Source: Octopus vulgaris (Eukaryota). Taken from it: 64,000 bases of DNA. This document shows positions 53,251 through 64,000 of this stretch, piece after piece. The number at the start of each line of letters is the position of its first letter. Within the stretch, counting starts at the first letter, position 1. Location: contig OX597822.1 of NCBI GenBank assembly GCA_951406725.2, forward strand, positions 25,730,001-25,794,000, read 5' to 3'. The notes under the pieces are model-generated. The model saw only the letters and a program-made list of their open reading frames with translations. It did no database searches and was not told the DNA's origin. A program made the position numbers and the translations under genes.

Positions 53251-54511
53251 CAGAGACATGCAGGAAGTAAATAGACAACTTTAATTTCCAACATTTCTGG
53301 TCTAAGCATCTTAATATGTTTTCAGTGGTGTAGAATTTACAATGTTATTATTCTTTTTCATTCCAGTGCCATTATATTAAACGTTTGTGAAGAGTAACCA
53401 TGCCACGCACAAAATTCAGCAGATCTGTCAGATTTTTAAAAGAAGTTGCATTGTTGGGCAATCTGAGGCTGGTTTTGGCCAGCGAAAAATTGCCAAAAAT
53501 CTTCAAATTCTTTTTGCTAATGTTAATAGAGTTATAGTGCAATTCAAAAGCCAAAGAAAAGAATCAACAGATTCTCGTCCCGGCCGACCTGGGCCCTCGG
53601 AAAGGAAACTTCGCTGTTTGAAGAGAATTGTGGAAAACGAACTCTGTTCGAAGGCTTCTGACATTGCAAAACAGCTAGAAGTTAGTCCAAGAACGTGTGT
53701 TACATATCTGCATAAGCTTGGGTATTATGGACGAGCAGCTAGAAGAAAATCTCTCCTTCAATTGATTAATATCATGAAAAGAAAGAAATGGGCTAAGAAG
53801 ATGTCAGAAAAATCCAGTTCATTTTAGGATCGAGTGATTTTCTCAGATGAATCCAGATTTGCATTATTTTCAGACAGTGGACGTTTTGGGGTTTGGAGGC
53901 TACCCAATCAAGAATTTCATTTGAAACGACTTCAACTAATTGTGAAACATGGCGGTATCTCTGTAATGGTATGGGGAGCTGTCACCAGTAATGGTTGTTC
54001 TGAGCTGATCAAATGTGTTGGATCCATAAACTGTGAAAAATACATCGAAATACTTAAGCAAGGACTATTTCCGATGTATTCACACGATAACAACAAAAAA
54101 TTAGTTTTTATTCATGGAAAGTGGAGCTCCATGCCACACAGCGAAAAGGATGACTGAAAATGGGATCAAAAAGCTTCCTTGGCCGAGCCAATCTCCTGAC
54201 ACGAACCCAATTGAAAATCTTTGGTGCATACTAGATAGAGCTATATGAAAAACTCAACAGAAACCTAAATCTAGAGATGAATTGTTTCGATTGTTGTGTG
54301 AAAAGTGGGCAGAAATTCCACAAGAGACAATCACAAAGCTCATCAGTTCAATGCCAAAAAGAGTTTCTGAATTAAAAACTGCAAAGTGAATATCAGCTAA
54401 ATACTAAATTATGTAAACCTACCTATCGATTACATTTCAATTGTTCGCTTTGCGTATTAAGTAAAAGATTTTGAAAATTAAATGTGTCTATTTACTTCCT
54501 GCATGTCTGTG
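53251..54511 (+). mobile_element. Tc1-like transposon, degraded transposase
   Basis: TIRs CA(G/C)AGACATGCAGGAAGTAAATAGACA with TA on the right side; motifs [35 protein letters not shown]. Confidence 0.92.
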
Positions 54512-54516
54512 TATAT

Positions 54517-55055
54517 TGTTACTGCATATCTCTCCTTGAGAGATTTAGAAATGTGATATTTCTGTAGACCAGTGAATGTTTTCCACTTTGAATTCTATAA
54601 GTTTTCGACAACAGGTTAGAAGCGACGTCTAGAAAAGCTAAGCTACTCTACGCTGATAAAGAGCAATAAACCTGAAACTAGTCCGTGGAGGCAATAAACC
54701 TGAAACTAGTCCGTGTAATTTTCAGAGTTAATGGATCCAAAACATTTGATCAGCTCAGAACAACCATTGCTGGTGACAGCTCCCCATACCATTACAGAGA
54801 TACCGCCATGTTTCACAATTGGTTGGAGTCGTTTCAAATGAAACTAGTCCGTGGAGGTGCTAATCTCCCCCGTTCGAAAGTATAAGGACACAGAACGTTT
54901 GTGTCGCATAGCCAGCTAGAAATGAAATTTCTTGGAGCTAAATAACAGTAACATTTCTCTCTTTCCTGGGACTGCTACATTATGTTGACAACAAGCCATC
55001 ACTTTATCGTGCTGTTACTGCATATCTCTCGTTGAGAGATTTAGAAATGCGATAT
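54517..55055 (+). mobile_element. Terminally redundant, hammerhead-containing non-coding unit (retrozyme-like)
   Basis: About 43-bp direct repeats at 54517 and 55013 (period 496); hammerhead at 54646-54690. Confidence 0.55.
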
Positions 55056-55157
55056 ATATATATCTGTCTGTCCGTCTGTCTCTCTCTTTCACTTTCTCTC
55101 ACACACACATGCACATAACACAAGTATATATATATATGTCTTTCTTTGTTTCAACAG

Positions 55158-55232
55158 GATTGGTTGGGATTCGTCTTTTGATGTTGCCATGAAAAATATC
55201 TTTGGCTGTGAAGTACATTCCTTTGACCCATT
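55158..55232 (+). CDS. METTL24: METTL24-like exon (GIGWDSSFD...GCEVHSFDP)
   Basis: Family motifs FGIxxDxSFD and GCEVHSFDP; CAG| acceptor and |GTAAG donor. Confidence 0.93.
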
Positions 55233-55336
55233 GTAAGCACTGGTTTACTGTAGTAATAACAGCAGTAGCAGCAGTAGTCCTAGCTGCATCATCATCAGCA
55301 TTATTATTATTGTTGTTGTTGTTGTTTTTGTTGTTT

Positions 55337-55368
<32 letters not shown>

Positions 55369-55685
55369 ATTCAGTAGTTTTATTTTTATATTGTGCTTTC
55401 ACTTCACTATCGAGCGCAGCTCTATGTGCCTTGGATATGTGCTGTGGTTTGTTGTGATGCTCTTATGGTTATTGTATTGAGAGTGTTGTGTGTAGGATGT
55501 GTGCAGTGCCCAGTAGTGCCATTTTCTGTATGTTATATATATTTATAAGTCCTAGTGACTTTGTTATGTATTTATCTGAATGCACCTACAATGATAGGAA
55601 TCGTTTCTGTTTTTAGATTCCACATTCGAGTTACCTCTATTTCTAGGACTTTGTATTTTGAAAGTTTCTCCATTTCTTTTAGAGA

Positions 55686-55975
55686 TCTTTTCGGTTTGAA
55701 CGGCAGTTTTTTCTAGCGGTGTCATAGGAAATTGTCACCCATAATTATGACCCTAGTATCGATCTATTGCATTTCAATCTGTTTTAGGGTTAGGGTTAGT
55801 TAGGGTTAGTTAGGGGTAGGGGGAAGAGTATCTTTTTTTCTTCACAAATGTAAATAAACCCAATCTTTTTCATAAACGAGGGAATATTCATACAGCACAG
55901 AATGTTTTTTAACTCAATAGACGTCAGTGATTGGTTGAAATTGCAGAAATTTCTTGTATTAACAAAATTATTTTT
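55686..55975. mobile_element. Interspersed repeat containing telomere-like (TTAGGG)n
   Basis: TTAGGGTTAGGGTTAGTTAGGGTTAGTTAGGGG at about 55785-55820. Confidence 0.5.
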
Positions 55976-55998
55976 AACATGCTTTGTTGTCTTCACAG

Positions 55999-56128
55999 TG
56001 AAAAGAAAATTCCAAATCGTGAATTGTTAAATTTCCATGATATCGGAATAAGTGACAAATCAGGCATTCACGGAGGCAGACAGTTTATGACACTACGAGA
56101 CACTCGCAAGCATTTAAATCACACAAAT
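55999..56128 (+). CDS. METTL24: METTL24-like exon (...NFHDIGISD...[14 protein letters not shown])
   Basis: CTTCACAG| acceptor and |GTAAGT donor; phase 2 to 0; FHxIG and TLxxxxxxLxH motifs. Confidence 0.9.
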
Positions 56129-56149
56129 GTAAGTTTTTGTTTATACGTA

Positions 56150-56203
<54 letters not shown>

Positions 56204-56204
56204 C

Positions 56205-56336
<132 letters not shown>

Positions 56337-56348
56337 CTTTTAACAAAA

Positions 56349-56386
56349 CTGGCTGATGAACGGGAACGTGAAACTCTGAGTAACAG
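56349..56386 (+). ncRNA. Minimal type I hammerhead ribozyme (intronic, sense)
   Basis: CTGG-CTGATGA-ACG-GGAA-CGT-GAAA-CTC-T-GAG-TA-ACAG. Confidence 0.75.
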
Positions 56387-56419
56387 CTTTTGTTATATTT
56401 CTGCTGCTTTTAAATAAAG

Positions 56420-56473
<54 letters not shown>

Positions 56474-57584
56474 TGTATGTATGTATGTATGTATGTATGT
56501 ATGTATGTATGCATGTATTTATGTATGTATGTATGTATGTATGTATGTATGTATGTATGTATGTATGTATGTATGTATCTGTACAGACACTCATGTGTAT
56601 ATATATGTATGCACGTATGTATGTATCACGTTTTTAATGACCAGTCACTATTATTTCTGTAGCAACTCTGCTTTCCACATAGGTTCATTCAATAATTCCA
56701 AGTGAAAAATTTTACGTAATATTTATGGATTAGAGTAGCACCTCCCTTGGACTGCGTCAAAGGTGCGCTCTTAAATTGCGCGTCTGTCAGGAAACAAAAC
56801 GTATATATAAAGATTAAAAATAAATGTGAGAAGATTAAAAATATACGAGATGAGTAATTATGGAATCTTCACTAATAGCAAAGCGAAAACCAAGATTCAA
56901 GACAGATTCATTACATATAAAATAAACCCTCAAGTTTCCCCGAACAATTGGATTCTATAAGTTTTAAGTATGGTGTTGATGATTTTATTTGTTACAGTAA
57001 TATTCATATGATTTTTAGCAACGTCCTGCCGAAAAACATGCACATATTATTTCATTCTATTTTGGAAAATGAAATAACGTACCTCTCTTCTGAGGAACAG
57101 GCAACAAGCTGCAACTCAAAGGATTATCATAATTTCATTCTGATGATGAGGATAACAAAATATAAAAGACTAATGGATTTAGCAATACTACTGTTCCAAA
57201 GATAAAGGACTAGTAAATGAAAAACAAAAATCCTTCATAAAAACTAAGATTTTCGTCCTTTAATCATTTATTTATTTCTCAATTTCTTATTCTTTCTGTT
57301 TCCCTCCTTCCCCTTTTCCTATCGCTTTCCATTTCTTTGTTTGTTTCTTTCATTCTTTCTTCTTTCTTTTTGTTTCTTTCTGTCTTATTTTCTGTTTTCT
57401 CTGTTATTCAGTTATCTTTTGCTATTTCTTTCTTTCTTTCTTTGTTTTTTCCTACCCACTCTCGCCCCCTCCTTTCCTGTATCTGTGTGGTCCATTCAGC
57501 TATCTGTGCGTCATCCATTACTTATTTTCACAAAATTGTTTTTAATTAACAACTTCTTTAATTTCCTTTTATTTCATTCTTCAG

Positions 57585-57866
57585 AGGGATATCAGTATTT
57601 TGAAAATGGATGTAGAAAAAGCAGAATGGCCCTCTTTGACGAAGGCGATGTCTGACGGCGAACTAAATCATGTGATACAAATAGCAGTTGAGTTTCACTT
57701 AACTAGAAAAGCATCGTTTTTCATTGATGCTCTTGAGATTATCAGGAATCTGATGGATTCTAATTTCCGTATATACCTCACAGAAAAGAATAAATGCCCA
57801 TACATAAATTCCAGAAAGATGAAACTGACAAGGTGTCAGAACGTCCACTTGATTAAAGTTAGTTAA
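57585..57866 (+). CDS. METTL24: METTL24-like last coding exon (RDISILKMDVEKAEW...QIAVEFH...*)
   Basis: FkbM-type LKxDxExxEW and QxxxExH motifs; long polypyrimidine tract plus CAG acceptor; stop at 57864-57866. Confidence 0.93.
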   Translation, partial: RDISILKMDVEKAEWPSLTKAMSDGELNHVIQIAVEFHLTRKASFFIDALEIIRNLMDSNFRIYLTEKNKCPYINSRKMKLTRCQNVHLIKVS

Positions 57867-58321
57867 TATATATATATATATATATTATAATAATAATATT
57901 AGGGAGTGTAAATCCAAGTTTACAGGGAATAATTCAATTTACAATTAAATCAAATTTCACAATATAAATATATAATATATATAAATTAGAGAAAAACCAC
58001 TATTATGCAGTTCAAACAATGATAGACATAAAGCAAATCATAAATAAAAATAAAATATATTTTAAAACATATAACTATATACAAAATGTACGAAAATGAA
58101 TAAACAATATATAATAAGTAAAAAGACTACGTAGTTTCATGGCTATAATTTAAATTCGAATTAAAATAAAATTCAAATTTAATCGAAAAACAATGCATAA
58201 ACAATTTTTTTCAGCTGCAAATATTTCTTTCTTTTCCTTCCACGGTCAACATTTTTCCACATTTCATTCACATTACAATTTCTATCTTTAAGTAACTTTC
58301 ACCCTTTCTTTTTCACATAAA

Positions 58322-61300
58322 ATGCCACCGAAAAAGAGAAGTCGCCTCGGCCGCCATACTGCAGCAGCAACGGTGCAAAAGGCGATTATCGCAAACGAGT
58401 CCTCCGACAAAAAGACTTTCAGACTTTCACAGAGCGCCTTACGTTCAGCGCAATCACGAGCTACTGAAAATTTACAACAGCGCAACGCACGCCTAGCAAA
58501 AATGGCTTCATACGATGCTGCTTCCAGGGCTTCAGAGGGTCCGGAAACAAGGTCGAAGCGCATGGCCATAAATGCTTCTGCTGTTGCTGCACAAAGGACT
58601 TCAGAGGACCCACAACAAAGGGCCACTCGACTGGCTACAAATGCTGCGGCTACTGCTGCTTCAACATTTCGACACATTCCCACGACTCAGACCAGCAACG
58701 TTCTACATTCCAGCGGAACAGTCGACGCCGCAAGGCTACCCGCGATCTGACGAGTCCAAACAGCCCTTACTGGCATCTACGGGCTTTCAAGTATGAGCCC
58801 AACTTCAATTACTCGATGCACGCTGACATAAATATTGGGGAAATGTGCTTCAATTGCCAATTCTGCAATGCTAAAAAGTGGGCTGGGAAACCACCTGCAA
58901 TGTGCTGCTTAAACGGTAAGGTCAGCTTGCCTCCTCTTCGGGAGCTGCCAGACCCTTTGAAGAAATTACTTACTGGTTCCACCTCAAGGTCATCAAAATT
59001 CCTTCAACTCATCAGGAAGTACAATTGTGCATTTCAGATGACTTCTTTCGGGGCTAACGTTGTCAGAGAAACTGGTTGGGTGCCTACTTTCAAGGTCCAG
59101 GGCCAGGTGAACCACCTTATTGGGTCATTCCAGCCACTACAAAATTGCAAACCTTCGCTCCTTCAAATTTATTTCCTTTCAAATTACAATAGGCAACTTG
59201 ATGTGCGTTTCGGCGTAATTCCACAACCTGCAAACACTGACGCTGACAATTTCGACAGGGACGTGCTGCTCAGTCTGCAAAACATGCTTCATGAGCACAA
59301 CAGCTACATTCACAGTTTCAAATACGCCTTGGAAACATCCCCTTCACTAACATTCCCCATTGTCATCGATGCTGACAAAAGACCTGGGGAGCACGCACGC
59401 CGATATAACGCTCCTTCGTGCATTGAAGTGGCCATAGTTCTCCATGGTGAACAGCACAATCAGCAAGACATAGTTCTTCAAAGCCGCGACAGTGGTCTTC
59501 AGCGTATTAATGAGATGCATCGGTCATATGACGCCCTGCAGTATCCCCTTCTTTTTCCGTATGGAGAAGACGGGTACCATTTCGGCATTCCTCACCACAA
59601 ACCAAACGAGCCCTCTGCTGCGACATCTAAAACTGTTTCATGTATGGCGTTTTACTCATACCGCTTCATGACAAGACATAATGATTTCAACCCCCTGCAC
59701 AGATCACGGGAACTGTTTCACCAGTTTGCAGTTAACATGGCTGCAAAGATGGAGTCCGAGAGACTGTGCTTCATCAAATTGAATCAGAAGCAGCTGCGCT
59801 CAGGCTCCTACATCCATTTGCGTGATGGCATCAGGAATGACACTGACGCCCGCAATATCGGCAAAATATGCATTCTCCCCTCAACCTATACAGAGGGCAC
59901 ACGTTTACATGCACGAGCGAACACAAGACGCTATGACTTACGTTCAGCATTATGGACGACCCTTTACATGTAACACAAAGTGGGTTGAGGTAACGCGAGA
60001 ACTTCTCCCAGGGCAGCAGTACTGTCATCGCCATGATATTATTGCAAGGGTTTTCAGGCAGAAACTGGCTAAGCTCATTCATTTAATAAAAAAAAAAGGG
60101 CAGGTTTTTGGGCCTGTTAACTGCCACATGTATACTGTTGAGTGGCAGAAAAGAGGGTTGCCACACGCGCACATTTTGCTTTGGTTGGTCAACAAAATAG
60201 GTCAACAAAATAGACCCAACAGTTCTTGATGATCTCATTGCAGCAGAAATTCCGGACCCAACTGTTGACCGCCATCTGTACGACATTGTGAAGGCACACA
60301 TGGTACACGGTCCGTGCGGTCCTGGTTTACAAAAGTTCTCCTCATGCCACAAAGACCACGTGTGCACTAAACGGTACCCAAAGAGGTTCGTGGACGAGAC
60401 CCAGACCGGCTGCGACGGATACCCACTGTACAGAAGAAGGCACCCTGACAATGGTGGATTCACTATGACGTTACGGGGTCATCAAGTGGATAATAGGTGG
60501 GTAGTACCGTACTGTCCATTTCTGATGAAAACTTTTAACGCTCACATAAATGTGGAGTTCTGTCATTCAGTCAAGTCTATAAAGTATATATGTAAATATG
60601 TTAACAAGGGTTCTGACACTGCCATATTTGGCCTTCAAAAGAACAATAGCATGGACGAGGTGTCACATTACTTGGCAGGTCGGTACATAAGCAGTGGTGA
60701 AGCTTTTTGGCGGATATTCGGGTTTCCACTTCACCAAAGGCACCCCGCCATCAGACAACTAGCGGTTCATTTGGAAAATGGTCAGCGAACTTACTTTACT
60801 GAACAGACTGCAGCTGAATTGGCGGCAAATCCAAAACAAACAACTTTGACCGGTTTCTTTAGGCTTTGCCAACTTGACACATTTGCTAAAACACTTTTAT
60901 ACCCTCAGGTCCCGTCCTATTACGTGTGGTCAAACAACAATTGGGTGCGTAGGAAGTTGGGTCAGGATGTTGAAGGACATCCTGGTGTCAAGTTTAACAG
61001 TTGTCTAGGAAGAGTCTACACTGTATCTCCAAACCAACATGAGTGTTTTCACCTGCGCCTTCTCCTCCATGAGGTTTTAGGCCCACAAAGTTTTCAAGAC
61101 ATCAGAACTGTTGATGGTGTATTATGTGATACTTTCCGCGAAGCCTGTTTTCGGCGTCGACTTTTGGAGGATGATTCACAATGGGGCGCCACTATGGCGG
61201 AGGGTGTTTCGTTAAAATCTCCTAAAAAAATCAGATCACTTTTCGCTATTCCACTACTATGGTGTGACTTGGCTAATCCCGCCTCTTTATGGCTTACCTA

Positions 61301-63767
61301 CAAAGATTATATGTCTGAAGATTTCCTGCGTCACGCTCAATCGCTACATCCATCAATGGAGGTCGGGTACACTTACCTCATTTACAACAGGGCGCTGCTT
61401 GAAATCGAAGATACTGTACTTGATATGGGCGGTAATGCCTTGCCGGTCTATGGCCTACCTTCAACAAACCGGGAAGGCACAAACATTCTGTCTTCACATT
61501 TGCTGCGTGAGACATGTTTTAATGTTGACGAGCTTGCCGAGTACATAGCCGACAATGAGCCAAAGCTCCTTCCAGAACAGAAGTTCGCTTACAACTCCGT
61601 TGTTAATTCAGTCCGGGCCAAAGCTGGGGGATTTTTTTCCTGGACGCTCCTGGGGGCACTGGGAAAACGTTTGTCAACAAATTAATATTGGCTGAGATTA
61701 GGCGAACACAAGGCATTGCCCTAGCTGTGGCATCACCTGGAATTGCGGCTACTTTGTTGCCAGGCGGCAGGACAGCTCACTCCACTTTCAAGCTCCCGCT
61801 TGACTTAGCGAAGACTGAGACACCAACTTGCAACATCAGTAACAGCTCCGATCAGGCAGAAGTCTTCAGACGATGCAAGCTTATCGTTTGTGATGAATGC
61901 ACGATGGCCCACAGAGGTGCTCTTGAAGCACTAAATAGATGTCTTAGAGACATCAAACACTCTTCAGCTCCCATAACAATTCTTCTTTCAGGGGACTTCC
62001 GGCAAACACTTCCCGTTATTCCCAAAGGGACTAGAGCTGATGCAGTAAGTGCGTGTCTTAAGTCATCCACATTGTGGCCACTGGTGAAGACTCTCAAACT
62101 TCACACCAATATGCGTGCTCATATGCGACGTGATATCACATCAGCAGCATTTTCTCACACCCTCCTTGCACTTGGCGAAGGCAAAATACCAGGGGATGAA
62201 AATGGTAATATTGCCATCGATTCCATTTGTACCATTGTTAAAACGCCTTCTGATCTCAGAGATGCAGTGTTCCCAGATCTACAAGCTAATTATCAGAATA
62301 TGGATTGGATTGGCCAAAGGGCTATTCTGGCCCCGAGGAATAAAACTGTTCACCATATTAATGATGAAATGCTAAAACTCATTCCTGGGGATGTCTATGT
62401 ATATAAGTCTATCGATACAACTCCTGACCCAGAGGACGTCATCAATTATCCAATAGAGGTACCCAATTCCTTTGAGCCACCCCCCACCCCTGGACTACCA
62501 CCACACATTCTCAAACTTAAAGTTGGTGCCCCTATAATGCTCATTAGAAATTTGGTTCCCCCAAAACAATGCAATGGCACACGTTTGATCGTTAAATCCT
62601 TATCTCCCAATCTGATTGAGGCCACCATTATCACAGGGTGCGGTCGAGGCAACGTTGTGCTCATACCTAGGATGCATCTTTTCCCATCAGGAGCAGACCT
62701 ACCTTTCATATTTCGGAGGTCCCAGTTCCCAGTAAGGCCATGTTTCGCAATGACAATTAACAAAGCGCAGGGTCAAACACTGTCTGTGGCGGGAATACAT
62801 TTGGGAGAGCCATGTTTCTCTCATGGTCAGCTTTATGTTGGCTGCTCGCGTGTCGGCAGCAACAGTGATGCTTTCGCATTCGTTCCACAACGAAAAACAA
62901 AAAAACATTGTGTACAAGGAGGTTTTATAGAATTACGTTTCATCATTTTCGAACACGTTAGTATTTCACTTACATACGACTCTCTTTTATGATGGCATTT
63001 ACATTTTTAGGCGTTTCATGACATTAATTCACACTTAACCAACACCTGGCCTTCGCTCACCTCTATTTCTATCCATTCATCATCAAACCACCAGCCTCAT
63101 CTTTTATATCCAACGTACATGACACATCTACCCCCTACATCTACAATCTCACTGTTAAAGTTTACATAAGCGACAACACGATCGCAACATACACTTTGGA
63201 AACTAAGCAACATATCATTTTATACAACAACAAATTTAATCATAACGCCCATCAATGAAAACTTCTCCACCACTGTGTTGTGATTCATCTATTCAGCACC
63301 ACTACAGTCTTGCCGGTCTGACATATGGTGAGTAGATGCTAGTATTCTATATTTTATAAATTACCCATATTTACTTACCCATGCTTCATTCCCCTCTTGC
63401 CTACATAGGGCATCCATTCTCTTTGAACACAACATGAAGTTTTGTAACAGCACACCCGCTGCCGTTCGTGGAAAACGAAGAGACCCTATTCACCTGCGAA
63501 CGTTTTACATCGCCTTCCACGACTATCAAATTCTTACAATTATGAGAACAATAACATGGCTCTTTTCAAGGCAACCTCGCATTCAATTCTTACACCATTC
63601 TACGAGGGGGTAGGAAATCCTTTACACAGTTTTCTATATACTTACAAATACACTCATTCGCCGTAAACTTATATCAATATTTGCCTGAATAATCATCATA
63701 ATTCAGTGCAATCATTAACAGTACTTTCAAGCAATTCAGCCCCGAGCAACGCCGGGCAATTCTGCTA

Positions 63768-63768
<1 letters not shown>
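58322..63768 (+). mobile_element. Helitron: Rep (HUH-Y2) plus PIF1 helicase, frameshifted
   Basis: Zn motif CQFC...CC; Rep motifs FTCN, EWQKRGLPHAH, YICKY; helicase motifs APGGTGKT, DECTM, GDFRQ, FAMTINKAQGQT, HGQLYV; 3' hairpin CCCG-AGCAACGC-CGGG and CTAG|T end at 63765-63768. The 5' TC end was not located. Confidence 0.95.
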
Positions 63769-63864
<96 letters not shown>

Positions 63865-63951
63865 TATTAGAGACAAAACCAATATTTTGCAAAACAAACA
63901 AGGAAAGACTTAATCAATACATAAAATTTTAATAAATAGTCAAAAAAACCG

Positions 63952-63994
63952 CCACTACAATTGTTTCTTGTCTTGAACGACAATCTTCAGGTGG
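63952..63994 (-). ncRNA. Minimal type I hammerhead ribozyme
   Basis: Reverse complement CCAC-CTGAAGA-TTGTC-GTTCAA-GACAA-GAAA-CAATTG-TA-GTGG. Confidence 0.85.
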
Positions 63995-64000
63995 ACTTCC

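Overview
AT-rich, microsatellite-laden animal DNA, inferred to be a coleoid cephalopod (Octopus-like) from its SINEs and its repeat and microsatellite landscape. One host gene is supported: a spliced + strand METTL24-like (FkbM/Methyltransf_22) type II membrane methyltransferase. Its exons lie at about 26332-26436, 50291-50355, 52881-53009, 55158-55232, 55999-56128 and 57585-57866, plus two tandemly duplicated 42-nt candidate microexons at 44268-44309 and 46487-46528. Almost everything else is transposon-derived: CR1-group LINEs (one with an uninterrupted 1080-aa APE-RT ORF2), RTE, L1/Tx1 and R4/Dong-type fragments, several Penelope-like elements (PLEs), mariner/Tc1/maT DNA transposons, tRNA-derived SINEs and a near-complete Helitron. 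Less obvious structure includes about 9 recognisable minimal type I hammerhead ribozymes from several sequence families, a 496-bp terminally redundant hammerhead-bearing retrozyme-like unit in an intron, a 5-6 kb inverted duplication with filled and empty mariner sites, and a 600-bp-arm PLE palindrome. Coordinates were read by eye. Transposon boundaries are approximate unless TIRs or TSDs are stated.
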